DNA of 64,000 nucleotides from the NCBI GenBank assembly GCA_963815195.1, contig CAWFGE010000013.1:800001-864000 (forward strand), given 5' to 3'. Positions 29,965 to 43,237 of this stretch are shown here, piece by piece. How positions within the stretch are numbered: position 1 is the first letter of the stretch; every line of letters begins with the position of its first letter. The stretch is from an uncultured Planctomycetaceae bacterium. Its GTDB lineage: Bacteria > Planctomycetota > Planctomycetia > Planctomycetales > Planctomycetaceae. Below the pieces are notes generated by a model. That model was not told the origin of the DNA, made no database searches, and worked only from the letters and a program-made list of their open reading frames with translations. The position numbers were made by a program, and so were the translations under genes.

Positions 29965-32900
29965 TGAGCAAACGCAGAAATCCGCCCAAACCGAAAAAGA
30001 CCCGGGACTCCGAACCCGCACCCGGACTCGAACTCGTCGAAGAGCCTGCGGGCGTCGAGGTTCTGGAAGAGCCTTCTTTCGCGGATCGTCCCGCGGACGA
30101 TTCCCCCTGGTCTCCGACCAAGCTGGCGCTCCTCCGGATTCTGGACGGGCTGGCTTCGCTGCGGCTGACGGTCGCCTTGTTTGCAATGGCGATCTTCATC
30201 GTGCTGGCCGGGACCCTCGGCCAGGTCCACCGCGACATTTGGGACGTGGTGCACGATTATTTCCGGATGAGCCCCGAAGGCAGCATGGCCGTCCATTGGA
30301 CGATCCCGGTGATCGATAAGGAAGTCATCATCCCGTCGCCGGCGACCTTCGTCGATTTGAAGATTTTCTTTCCGCCGGCCTTTTCCTCGGACGGCCAGCC
30401 GCCCGATCTCTCCAAACCCGCGTCCCCGGCCCGGCTGTTGTCTTCGCTGGTTTTGGGCTTCGGATGGGCGGCTCTCGTGTGGCTGATTCCGCTCCGCGAC
30501 CGCAAAATCCAGTTGGCGATCTACGCGTCCTTGGGGATCCTGCTTGCGTTCGCCACCGCAACCTTTGGCGGGTTCCTGTTCCCCAAAGGCTGGACCATCG
30601 GCGCGGTGATGGCCGTCAACCTGCTCGCCGCCCATTTGATGCGGTTTAAAATTCAATCCTCAGGCACCAGGCTCTGGGCCGGCGCGGGCGTGATCGCGCT
30701 CGGCATCCTCACGACCTACGGTGTCATCAAGAGCGGCTCCAACAAAGAAGGCGTCCTCAAAGAGAACTGGCTGCTCGGTTATGAATTCGAATGGTCCCAA
30801 ATCTGGATCCTGTTCGAAATGCTGCTCGCGGTGCTGGTCGCTTTGGGAGGATATGCCTGCGTTTCCATGCTGTTTAAAGAATTGAGCCGCGACAAATCCG
30901 ATGCGAAACGCTCCTCGTATCTTTCGATGGTCGTCGTCTCGGGCCTGGGCACATTGGCGGTTGCCGGCGTGTTGGCTTTCCTGATTCTCGGCGGGGACGA
31001 TGTCCGCTTGAACGATTCGGGCATGCGGATTCTCTGGCAACTCTTGAAAGCCACGGTCGCGGGATTGATCCTTCTGGGCGGCTGCGCGATGGTGTTCCGC
31101 AAACGCGCGGGCGTGGTCGTGTTGCATGCGGGCGTCGCCTTGTTGATGCTCAGCGAACTCCTCGTGGGCGTCTCGGCCGTGGAAGGCCAAATGACGATCA
31201 TGGAAGGCGAATCCTCCAACTACGTGCAGGACATCCGCAGCATCGAACTCGCCGTGATCGATTCCAGCGGGTCCCAAGACAAAGTCGTCGCGATTCCCGG
31301 CCGGCTCATCAAAAAAGGCAACCTGATCGAAGACGATCGGCTGCCCGTCAACATCCGCGTCGGCGAATTCTATGAAAACTCCACACTCGAAAAACCCAAG
31401 AAAAGCGAATCGAACCCCGCCGACTCCGGCTACGGCCGCTCGGAGATCGCCAAACCCGTCCAAGGCAGCACCGGCACCGATAGCGCCAGCGACGTCGATC
31501 TGGCGTCGGCTTATGTCACCCTGCGCACGAAGGACGGCGACAAGACGCTGGGCACCTGGCTGGTGAGCCAACTCCGCACCGCGGAGCAGCCGTTCGAGGT
31601 CGATGGGAAGACGTATGCCATCGCGCTGCGGTTCAAGCGGACGTACAAGCCTTACACCATCACCTTGAAAGACGCCGTTCGCGAAAACTACGTCGGCACG
31701 AGCACGCCCCGCGACTATCGTTCGATCATCGATCTCAACGATCCCTCCCGCAACGAAGACCGCAAAGACGTCCACATCTGGATGAACAACCCGCTCCGCT
31801 ACGGCGGCGAGACGTTCTACCAAAGCGGGCTTCAGACCCTTCGCCCGGGGCTCGATGTGACCGTTTTGCAAGTCGTCACCAACGACGGTTGGATGATTCC
31901 CTACGTCTCGTGCATGATCGTCGCCGTCGGCATGCTGGCCCACTTCCTGATGGGCTTGACCCGCTTTCTGAACCGCAGCGCGCAACAGCGCGGGGGGCGT
32001 CGTCGTTTGATGATGAGCAAGAGGAAGACGCCGAACTCGAACGCAAGAATTCCTTGCGGGCCAAACATCGGCCGGCCCAGGCTCCGGTGTTCCTCGATCC
32101 CATCCAAGAGCCGCCCCGGCACCGCTGGATCACGCCGGTGCTCTCGACCATGTTGATTTTGATCTTCGGCGGGTATCTCGCGAGCAAAGCCCGCGCCCCG
32201 AAGCCGACCGCAAAGGGCTTCGATCTCTACCAGGCCGGCCAAGTCCCCGTGGCCTACGACGGCCGCGTGAAGCCCTTGGACACGCTCGCCCGCAATTCGC
32301 TCCGCGTCATGTCCAACAAGCAAGAGTTCGTCGACCACGAAAAGAAACAGCCGAAGTTCCTCGGACTGTTCGCCCGCCAGAAGAAAGAGCCAGCAATGCT
32401 CTGGCTGCTCGACTTGATCGCCCGGCCCGGAGGAATCCAACACGCTCCGCGTGTTCCGCATCGATTACCAGCCGCTGTTGGATGCGCTCAAACTTCCCAA
32501 GCGGGAAGGGTACATGTACTCCTACGAGGAGATCATGAAACAGGACGAGGAGCTCAAACGCCAGATCGACCTCGCCGCCGACGTGAAAGACGAAAAACAA
32601 CGCACGATCTATCAGAAGAAAGTCCTGGAACTCGCGAAGAGGCTCCAGTTGCGAAACTATCTGTCGGAGGCGTTCGATCATCAAGACATTTCCGGGACGA
32701 AGGCGCTTCAGAACCTGATGAACGCCGTCACGCGAAACGGCCGCATCCAAGAGGCGGTGGACAGCGGCGAAGTCAAGCTGCCGCTCTTGTATTCCCGCGC
32801 CACCGGAAAATGGGAACTCTACAGCACGATTTCCGTTCGCCGGCAGGTGCAAAAGCTGGCCCGGCAATATCAGGCCAAAGATGCCTCCCAACTGGGGGCC

Positions 32901-34385
32901 CGGCTGGTTGCCGATTTTTCCGAACCGCTCGCCGCCAATGCCATCGGCAAGCTGCGGCAGATGGTGGAGACGGTGTCCCGGCAGAAGCACCAACCGCGTG
33001 CCGAGACGGCGGCCGGTTTTGCGGCGAAGTCGAACGATCCCACGCTAAAGCAAGTCTTCCAGTTGCTCGCCGATGCCAGCCCGCAGGATCACGAAAACGA
33101 ACTGGCGGCCCGGCTTCCCAAAGCCGCGATTGACGATCTGGCGAAACAGGAGGCGGCTCTGGAGTTCAGCCGCCCCGATGCGCCGCTCACAGGCGACCGG
33201 GCGATGCAGCTTTTGGAAATTCTGGCGGAACGATCGGTCAGCAAGGCTTTGGCCGGCCAACCGCTCGGCGGGCCGGTGGCGGATGCTCCTTACGATGAGA
33301 TCTTTGCCGCCTATAAGGACCAGAAGCCCGAGGTCTTCAACAAGGCCGTCGCCGATTACCGAGCCGACCTGACGGAGCATCCCCCGAAAGAAAACGACAA
33401 ACTCGTCAGCCCGAGGAAGATTCGCTTTGAATCGTTCTTCAACAACGCAGCACCGTTTTATTACCTGGCGGCGGTGTATTTGATGGCGGGACTCTTCGCG
33501 GCGGCTTCGTGGCTCACATGCAGCCAGCCGCTCAATCGGGCCACGTTCTGGCTGCTGTGTTTCGCGCTCATCGTGCACACCGCGGCACTCGTCGGAAGAA
33601 TCTACATCTCCGGCCGGCCGCCCGTGACGAACCTGTATTCCTCGGCGGTGTTCATCGGCTGGGGCTGCGTGTTGATCGGGCTGTTGTTCGAATGGTTTTA
33701 CGACATCGGTATCGGCAACCTGGTCGCGGCGGTCGCGGGCTTTATGACCTTGGGAGTCGCTCATTTGCTGACCACGGAAGTCGCGAGTTTCCGGGGCGAC
33801 TCGTTCACCGTGATGCAAGCCGTCCTGGATACGCAGTTCTGGCTCGCCACGCACGTCGTGTGCATCTCGATGGGCTACGCCACGACCTATGTGGCAGGGC
33901 TACTGGGCGCGGTTTACATCCTGGGCGGCGCCTTTAGCCCGGTGCTCACTGCGAATCGGCGGAAGGATTTGCTGCGGATGATCTACGGCACGCTGTGCTT
34001 TGCCATCCTGTTCAGTTTCGTGGGCACGGTGTTGGGCGGACTCTGGGCCGACGATTCCTGGGGCCGATTCTGGGGCTGGGACACCAAGGAAAACGGCGCT
34101 CTGATCATCGTGCTCTGGAACGCTTTGGTGCTCCATGCCCGCTGGGGCGGCATCGTCAAGGACCGCGGACTCGCGATCCTCGCCGTCGCCGGGAACATCG
34201 CCGTGAGCTGGTCCTGGTTTGGCGTCAACGAGTTGGGCATCGGCCTCCATTCCTACGGCTTCACCGAAGGCGTCCTGCCGAACCTTGCGCCGTTCTGCGT
34301 GAGCCAACTGGTCATCATCGGCATCGGTTCCCTTCCCAAAGATTTCTGGTGGAGCCACATCGCCGAGCGCCCCTCGGACGCATGA
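29964..34385 (+). CDS. ccsA: System II cytochrome c biogenesis protein, inferred ResB(CcsB)-CcsA fusion (frameshifts near 31995 and 32425)
   Basis: ResB-like part: LASLRLTVALF, VVVLHAG, IWMNNPLRYGGETFYQSG. CcsA part: GRVKPLDTLAR, GRPPVTNLYSS, VLDTQFWLATHV, and the WWD motif WADDSWGRFWGWDTKENGAL, then GLHSYG. Confidence 0.85.
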
Positions 34386-34432
34386 CGCGGAGTCGTTCGT
34401 CAAGGCGTCTCGTGCGCTCCGAGTGAGAATGG

Positions 34433-34497
34433 CGGATGGAAGATAGAGGATAGAGGACGCATTTGCTCGTCTATCCTCTATCTTCCATCCTCTAACC
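34433..34497. repeat. short IR element, family I (GGATGGAAGATAGAGGATAGA / TCTATCCTCTATCTTCCATCC)
   Basis: Perfect 21-bp IR. A degenerate relative lies at 45530-45587. Confidence 0.8.
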
Positions 34498-34563
34498 TCA
34501 CTATGATTTCCGGGGCCGGCTGAACTTTCTCGAACACTTTTCCTTCTTGGAAACCACTGGGAT

Positions 34564-36366
<1,803 letters not shown>

Positions 36367-36471
36367 GGGAAGGAACTCTTTGACAATCCCCCTGAAGTTT
36401 GGGAGACTTCTGGAAGGTGTTCGCGTTGCCGCGGGGACCGGTTTTCGTTGGATGTCACGGAGAGGAACAGC

Positions 36472-38793
36472 ATGTCTAGCCCGACGCCTCCGCCTGTGTG
36501 CCGCCGCCTTTTCGCGGGAAGCCTTCCGTCCGTCCTGATCGGCTTGATGCTGGCGAGCCTGTGCCATCCCGCTTCCGGCCCCGCTCAATTGCAGCCGTTG
36601 GTTCGCGCGGTGCCGAACGTCGCCGCGGGCGGGAACAACGGGTTGGGCGGATTGATCGTCGCCGACCGCACCCGGACCCGCGTGCTCCGCCAGGCTCGGG
36701 ACTACATCGCGAACAAGAAATACCTCGAGGCCCTGGGGCTGTTGCAAACGCTGTTGGAACTCGACCAGGATCAGTTGCTGCCGCCGTCGCCTGAGGACAA
36801 CTCGGCGGTGTTTCGCAGCATGAAATCCGAAATCCAGCAGATGATCGGCCATCTCCCGCCGGACGGCCGGGAGGTTTATCTGAGAAACACCAGCCCGGTC
36901 GCCGATGCGCTCCTCAAAGAGGCCCTTGAGCAAAACGACGAGCAAAAGCTGGGCGAGATCGCGCGGCTGTATTTCCACACGCCCGCCGGCTACGAAGCCA
37001 CGTACCGGATGGCGCTCCGCAAATTCGACAACGGCGAAGCGATGGCGGCGGCGCTGTTGCTCCGGCGTCTCCAGCGCACTCCCGAAGCCGCGAAAGGGTG
37101 GGAGCCGCTGCTTTCCGTGCGGATCGCCTTGAGTTGGATCCGCGCGGGCATGCCGCACGAAGCCGAGGCCGTTCTCAAAAAGTTGGAAACGACCCGCAGA
37201 ACGGCGGCCCTCACGTTGGGAACCAAATCCCGGCGGCTGTTCGATCCGTCGGGAAAGCCCGCGGCGTGGGTGTCGGCCCTGATGAAATCCGAGGCCGCCC
37301 CGCAGTTCGCCAACGAAACCGACTGGCTGATGCACCGTTCCGGGCCGACGCGGAACGTGGTGCTGCCTCTCCCGGAAAAAGTCAAATTCGAACCCTGGCA
37401 CGTCGCCACCGTCGCCGATCCGTTTTTTAAGGAGGCCGACGACCAGATCGAAACCCAGCCTCGACCAGCAATTGCAGTCGGCGGTGTCGGTGCAACGAGG
37501 CGTGCGGTTTCGGCAGCTCCGGCCCAACTTGCCCAGCCGGCATCCGCTGGTTGTCGGAGACCTGGTCTTAACGCGGATGCTGGAATCCGTCCACGCGTAC
37601 GATCTGGAGACGGGGGATTTCGTGCTGTTCGCCTGGGGCTGGGAACGCGCTCTGGAACGGTTGACCGGCGCGGACGACAACCCGCCGCCGCCCAACGCCT
37701 CGAAGTACCTGGGCGAAATGCTCAACCAGCGATTGTGGGACGATGGAACTTTCGGGCGGCTGAGCAGCGACGGCGAACGGCTTTACTGCATCGAGGAAAC
37801 CGGGTTTTGGAGTCCGTTCCCCACCGGCAAGGAGAATAAGTGGATTCCCGTCAGCGACACGAGTTTTCTGGTCGCCTACGATTTGACGACGGGCAAAGAA
37901 GTCTGGCGGGTGGGCGGACCGCCGAACGACTCGATCGATTGGCACCTGTCGGGGCGCTACTTCCTGGGCCCGCCGATGCCGATGGCGGGGCATTTGTACT
38001 GCCTCGTGGAATTTAACAACGAGGTGCAGCTCAACGTGCTCGAAGCCAAGACCGGCCACATGGTCTGGTCGCAGCCGCTCTCGTCGCCGGGCGGAGTGAC
38101 GATCGCCCAAGACCGCGTCCGGCGGAGCTCGGGCGTGTCGGTGGCGTACGGCGACGGGATTCTGGTATGCCCCACCGACACGGGGGCGACCGTCGCCTTG
38201 GACCTGACCACGCGGTCTTTGCTCTGGGGCTTTCCTTCCGACATCAGTCCCGTATTCCAAGCCAATCCCGGAGCGGTTCGCGGTCGAGGCGGCCGGGCCC
38301 CGTCGGATGCCGTCCTCCCGCCTGGCTGGGTGGATTCCATCCCCACGATCTATCAAGACAAAGTCGTCCTCACGCCGCGGAAATCGTCGCAAATCTATCT
38401 CGTCGACCTGTTGACCGGCACGCGGATTTGGCAGCATTCGCGCGGCGAGGGCCTGTACGTCGCGGGGGTCAGCCAGGACCGCGTCATCGTCGTAGGGACC
38501 CGCAACGTCCAGGCGTGGAACACCAACAACGACGAGCCCGCCTGGAAAGATCTGGAACTCTCCTCCAATCCCAGCGGCCGGGGGCTGATCGTGGGCGGGC
38601 AACTCTTGCTGCCCGCGGCCAAGGAGTTGTTGCTGATCGACCTCAAAACCGGCAAGGAACTCCCGCGATCCCCGGCCCGAAAGACGTCGAGCTGGGCAAC
38701 TTGATCGTCTCCCGCGGCCGGCTGATCTCCCAGGGCATCGACTCGCTGGACGTGATTCCGTTCCCGGACCTCCAACCGCAATCCGCCAAGTGA
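36472..38793 (+). CDS. exported TPR-like + PQQ-type beta-propeller (BamB-like) protein (frameshifts near 37455 and 38680)
   Basis: Signal peptide; helical region with YFHTPAGYEA; propeller repeats AYDLETG, AYDLTTGKEVW, ALDLTTRSLLW, VDLLTGTRIW and GNLIVSRGRLI. Confidence 0.82.
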
Positions 38794-38889
38794 CGCCGGC
38801 CGGGACGATTGACAACCGCCCCCTAATTGCGGTGTGGTCCAACCCGCCAAAAACCAGAACAAACCCGTTCCGCGCTCGATGATCCCAAA

Positions 38890-38918
38890 TTGACAGATTT
38901 CGGGGTTCCGAGTATGGT
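38890..38918 (+). promoter_or_regulatory. sigma70-like promoter
   Basis: TTGACA-N17-TATGGT about 100 nt upstream of the GT87 gene. Confidence 0.55.
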
Positions 38919-39017
38919 TCGCGCGCGAATGCCTCTCACCCGTTCGCCAGGGCCAGTCGGCCTTTTTCCCGTCATTTCCATTTACCAAGTCTTCACACCT
39001 TGCGCATGTTAGCACGG

Positions 39018-40412
39018 ATGCGTCAACGCTTACGCGAATCCTGCGCGACGCCCGAAAACGCCCGCTGGGTGACCGCCTGGAAACGGGCCGCCGTGGGAGT
39101 GGTGGTGCTCGTGGTGTGCTGCCAATTTGTGCGGCTGACGGTCAAGCTCCGCGGCGATTTCGATGTCCATTGGGAATCGGGCCGGCGGATTATGACGGGC
39201 GAACCGTTGTACGCCCGGCAGGACGGGCAGGATCAACTGGGCCACAATTACCCCTATCCGCCGTTTTGGGCATTGGTGCACGCGCCTTTTACCTGCCTGT
39301 CGGTGCGCGCGGGGCAGCTTCTGTTGTATCCGTTGATTGTGGGGGCGGGGTTTGTGCTCATCAAAACTCTGAACCGCCTCACCCAGGCTCAGGAACCCTT
39401 AAATGACGACGGCGCGTTTCTTGTCGCAGCGGGGGCCATTTTTCTCACGAGCCGATTTTTGGTGCGCGACATGCCCGAGTGCGGCGTGAATCTCGCCTTG
39501 GTCGCGACCTCCTGGCTCGCGGTGTTGTGCTGGACTCGGCGGCGGGACTGGACCGGCGGCTGGCTGCTGGGATTGGCGATTTCCCTCAAATGCACGCCCG
39601 CGTTGTTTTGGGTCTGGTTCGTGTGGAAGCGTCAATGGAAAATCGCCGGGGCCACGCTGATCGCAATGGCCGTCTTCACTCTCTCGCCCATCCTGCTGAT
39701 GGGACCTCGCTCTTATGCGAAGACCATGGCCGAATGGACGCACACCGTGTGGCGCGGCGTGGGAGAGACGGATCCGGCTTACGGCGTCTTGGGGGAAGAG
39801 CCGCTCCAAAACGTTTCCCTCCGCCCGGCACTGGCGCGCTATCTCACCGTCCTGCCCGCCGGCCATCGCAGCCGCGTGAACCATCCGCTCTATGCCGACC
39901 TGCTCGACCTGCCGCCGGCGTCCGCAAGTTGGATCATCAGGGCCCTGCTTCTGGGGCTGGTCGCCGCGGTGGCGTATTGGTTTCGGGGTGGCGTCAGAGA
40001 CCGGAAGGACCCGGCCTGGCTGTGGGAGGCGGCGGCGGTTTCGATTTTGATTTTGCTCCTCTCGCCCATCACGTGGGGGCAACACTGCGTGGGCGTGCTG
40101 CCTGTGTTCTATCTGCTGATGCGGCGAACCGTGGCCGGCAGAGCGTTGCCTCGCTCGGCCTGGATCATCCTGGCCGTTTATGTCGCGGGGATTCTGCTGT
40201 TGAACCGCGCGTTCCTGGGCAAAGAATTGACCTATCTGCTCGACAGCTACCGGATCTCGACGGCCGTGCTCTTGGGGTTGCTCGCGGTGGCGGTGCGTCT
40301 TCGCCGATGGGCGGCGGAATCGTCTCCCGCCGCGGCATGGACGTTTCGCAAAGCCACCCCGCCGCGGCCTCCGGCTTATGCCGACCGCGAATGGGTCCCG
40401 TCCCGCTCGTGA
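39018..40412 (+). CDS. glycosyltransferase family 87 (DUF2029) membrane protein
   Basis: GDFDVHW...YPYPPFWA; GLAISLKCTP; LLLSPITWGQH; multiple TM helices. The start could also be 39006. Confidence 0.85.
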   Translation: MRQRLRESCATPENARWVTAWKRAAVGVVVLVVCCQFVRLTVKLRGDFDVHWESGRRIMTGEPLYARQDGQDQLGHNYPYPPFWALVHAPFTCLSVRAGQLLLYPLIVGAGFVLIKTLNRLTQAQEPLNDDGAFLVAAGAIFLTSRFLVRDMPECGVNLALVATSWLAVLCWTRRRDWTGGWLLGLAISLKCTPALFWVWFVWKRQWKIAGATLIAMAVFTLSPILLMGPRSYAKTMAEWTHTVWRGVGETDPAYGVLGEEPLQNVSLRPALARYLTVLPAGHRSRVNHPLYADLLDLPPASASWIIRALLLGLVAAVAYWFRGGVRDRKDPAWLWEAAAVSILILLLSPITWGQHCVGVLPVFYLLMRRTVAGRALPRSAWIILAVYVAGILLLNRAFLGKELTYLLDSYRISTAVLLGLLAVAVRLRRWAAESSPAAAWTFRKATPPRPPAYADREWVPSRS

Positions 40413-40426
40413 AAACGTGAATTGCC

Positions 40427-41047
40427 TCAAGGAATGGGGATTCCCAGGTCATTCAGCAGTTTCGAGACCGCCATCAAGGGAAGCCCCGTAATCGCGGTGT
40501 GATCGCTCGATTCGATTCGCTCGAACAGCGCGATTCCGAGGGATTCGATCTTATAAGCCCCCGCGCAATCCAAAGGCCGATCCGCCGCGACATACCGCTC
40601 CGCCGCGGCCCGGTCCAAGTCCCGCATCCAGAGCCGCGTCTGATCGAGATGCGTTCGCGTTTTCCCCTGATGGGAAATGGCCACCGCCGTGACCAGCTCA
40701 TGACAATGCCCCGCCAAACGGAGCAACTGCTCGACCGCGTTTTCGGGCGCGCCGGGCTTTCCCAGAATCTCGCCCTCGAAGGACACAAGCTGATCGCCCC
40801 CGATCACCACGGCCTCGGCGTCCTGCCTCGCAATCGCCTCCGCTTTGGCGACGGCCAATCCGATCGCCAATTCGCGCGGGTGACTCACGGTCCGTTTCAG
40901 ATCCGCCTCATCGACACCGGGATCGAGCGCTTCAAATGCGATCCGCAACGATTCCAACTGAGCCTTCCGATAAGGCGAAGTGCTGGCCAGGATCACGCGG
41001 ATCGCATTCTGCTGTGGTTCGATCGAGAGATTCTTGTCCTGTTTCAT
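40427..41047 (-). CDS. maf: Maf family nucleotide pyrophosphatase (YceF-like)
   Basis: ILASTSPYRKAQL; VIGGDQ; ILGKP; PLDCAGAYKIESLGIALFE; ITGLPL. Confidence 0.93.
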   Translation of the reverse strand: MKQDKNLSIEPQQNAIRVILASTSPYRKAQLESLRIAFEALDPGVDEADLKRTVSHPRELAIGLAVAKAEAIARQDAEAVVIGGDQLVSFEGEILGKPGAPENAVEQLLRLAGHCHELVTAVAISHQGKTRTHLDQTRLWMRDLDRAAAERYVAADRPLDCAGAYKIESLGIALFERIESSDHTAITGLPLMAVSKLLNDLGIPIP

Positions 41048-41396
41048 CGTGAACCGTTCTGCAAAACAATCATGCATTGGAACGTGGACCAATCGCCAGC
41101 GGCCGCCTACAATGGATTTTTGACCAAATCGCCGGGATTTCCAAGAGACGTGGCATTTAGATGAGGGCACCCTTCGCGAAATATTCGCAAGCAAAAACAC
41201 CGTCCTCCCGCCGCGCAAAGCAGGCGGTTGGTGCGTTCCCTAAGTCGTTACCGTGGCAGCAGGTTCGATCAAACTTGCACAGTGGGCGTAGGAAAACATA
41301 TAACCCAGGTGGCTCCGGGGCGGGGTTCTGTCCGGGCGGCCCGACGGTTCGATCGTTTTCGACTCTTTTTTTCGACATCAAGGGAGTGCCATCGAA

Positions 41397-42074
41397 ATGC
41401 AGCGCTTATCGAGATTGGGAATCTGTGTGGCGTGTGGCTTGTGCGGGCTTTTTGTCTGGGGATGCACTAGCAGCACCCAGGAGACCTCCAAAGCCGACCC
41501 CCTGACCCGCCCCACGAAAAACGCCGAAGTTCAGACAGCGGAGAATTCTCAAAAGGATGGGAAGACTTTCAAAGTCCTGTTTGAAACAAAGAAAGGGAAT
41601 TTCGTGATCCAGGTGCACCCGGACTGGGCTCCGCGCGGGGCGGCCCGCTTCAAAGAACTCGTGGAGACCGGCTTCTACGATGACTGCCGGTTCTTCCGCG
41701 TGTTGCCGAATTTCATGGTGCAATTCGGGATCAACGGCAACCCCGACGTGCAGGCGCGGTGGCGCGACAATACCATTCGCGACGATCCCGTCAGACGCTC
41801 GAACATGCGGGGGACCGTTTCGTTCGCGATGGCGGGACCGGGCTCCCGAACCGCCCAGGTCTTTATCAATTACAAAAACAACAGCGAGTCTCTCGATCCG
41901 CAAGGCTTCTCGCCGTTCGGAGAAGTCATTGAAGGCATGGGCGTGGTGGATAAGATCAATGCGGAGTACGGAGAAGAGCCGAGCCAGGGGGCCATTCAAA
42001 GGCAAGGCAACGCCTACCTGAACCGCGAATTTCCGAACCTCGATTACATCAAAACCGCCCGGATCATCGAATAG
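41397..42074 (+). CDS. cyclophilin-type peptidyl-prolyl isomerase, probable lipoprotein
   Basis: VWGC lipobox-like motif; WAPRGAARF; FFRVLPNFMVQFGI; RTAQVFIN. Confidence 0.92.
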   Translation: MQRLSRLGICVACGLCGLFVWGCTSSTQETSKADPLTRPTKNAEVQTAENSQKDGKTFKVLFETKKGNFVIQVHPDWAPRGAARFKELVETGFYDDCRFFRVLPNFMVQFGINGNPDVQARWRDNTIRDDPVRRSNMRGTVSFAMAGPGSRTAQVFINYKNNSESLDPQGFSPFGEVIEGMGVVDKINAEYGEEPSQGAIQRQGNAYLNREFPNLDYIKTARIIE

Positions 42075-42118
42075 CGGTGGGCGACTTTCTCCATCAAACC
42101 TCAATAGGAGTCGAAACG

Positions 42119-42739
42119 ATGCGAACATTGACGATGCTGGCCGTCTGCGCGGGCGTGCTGTGGTCCTCGGCCGCTTTTGCCCAGGACAAAGAAGAGAAAG
42201 AGAAGAAAGCGCCGGACACGTTTCAGGTAAAGTTTGAAACGACCGCCGGGGATTTCGTGGTGGATGTGACCCGCGATTGGGCGCCGAAAGGAGCCGACCA
42301 GTTTTACCAAGCGGTCAAAGCCGGGTTCTATAACGACTGCCGCTTCTTCCGCGTGGTGCCGAACTTCATGGTGCAATTCGGGATCAACGGGAACCCCGAG
42401 GTCCAGAAGAAATGGCGGACGGCAACGATCGCCGACGATCCGGTGAAGAAATCCAACACCCGCGGCATGGCGACCTTCGCCACCGCCGGCCCCAACACGC
42501 GGACGACGCAGCTTTTTATCAATTATGCGAACAACAGCTTTCTCGACAACCAAGGCTTTGCCCCCTTCGGCAAAGTGTCCGACGAAGGCATGAAAGTCGT
42601 GGACAAAATCAATGCAGAGTATCGCGAACAGCCCGACCAATCGGCCATTCAGAAGAACGGCAACGAATACCTCAAGGAAAACTTTCCCCGGCTCGACCAC
42701 ATCAAGAAAGCCACCATCGTCGAGAAGAAGAAGGAATAA
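42119..42739 (+). CDS. cyclophilin-type peptidyl-prolyl isomerase, exported
   Basis: AGGAG RBS; signal peptide ending AFA; FFRVVPNFMVQFGI; RTTQLFIN; LDNQGFAPFG. Confidence 0.93.
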   Translation: MRTLTMLAVCAGVLWSSAAFAQDKEEKEKKAPDTFQVKFETTAGDFVVDVTRDWAPKGADQFYQAVKAGFYNDCRFFRVVPNFMVQFGINGNPEVQKKWRTATIADDPVKKSNTRGMATFATAGPNTRTTQLFINYANNSFLDNQGFAPFGKVSDEGMKVVDKINAEYREQPDQSAIQKNGNEYLKENFPRLDHIKKATIVEKKKE

Positions 42740-42763
42740 CGACTCATCGGCAAGAGACGACAA

Positions 42764-42806
42764 AGCCCGCGGGAAGGGAATCCTCTCCCGCGGGCTGTTT
42801 TTTTTT
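42764..42806 (+). terminator. rho-independent terminator
   Basis: AGCCCGCGGGA/TCCCGCGGGCT stem followed by G and T9. Confidence 0.9.
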
Positions 42807-42828
42807 GACCCCGAGACTGCGTTCCGAA

Positions 42829-43036
42829 CCCTCGTTCCCAAGCTGAACCCTCGTTCCCAAGCTCCGCTTGGGAACGGACTGGTCGCCAAGCGCTGCTTGG
42901 CAACGCGTGAAACGGCGGGTGGCTCATATCCAATCGGAGGCGATCGCGTTATGGAGGCGTTGCGAAGCGGAGCTTCGCGAGAGTGCGTTCCCAAGCTGGA
43001 CCTTGGGAACGAGGGAAACGAGCTTGGGAGCGAGGG
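42829..43036. repeat. REPIN-like unit, family H
   Basis: CCCTCGTTCCCAAGCT twice on the left, CTTGGGAACGAGGG/AGCTTGGGAGCGAGGG on the right, with internal palindromes. It shares a long segment with 26225-26326. Confidence 0.9.
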
Positions 43037-43237
43037 AAAAAAACCGACGGCCGGCCGCGCGCGAAGTTTTTCGCGCATTTGGGAATCCTTAAAACCCACA
43101 CAACCAGACCCGGCTTTGTTGTCGCGCTAAGGAATCGGCTCTTCTCCCGACCGGCGGAAACGGATTCGAGACGATAACCACTTTCGCATGGTTGTTCGTT
43201 TCTCCCGACGGGAGCCCGCGCACGGAGTCCGTTTGGC

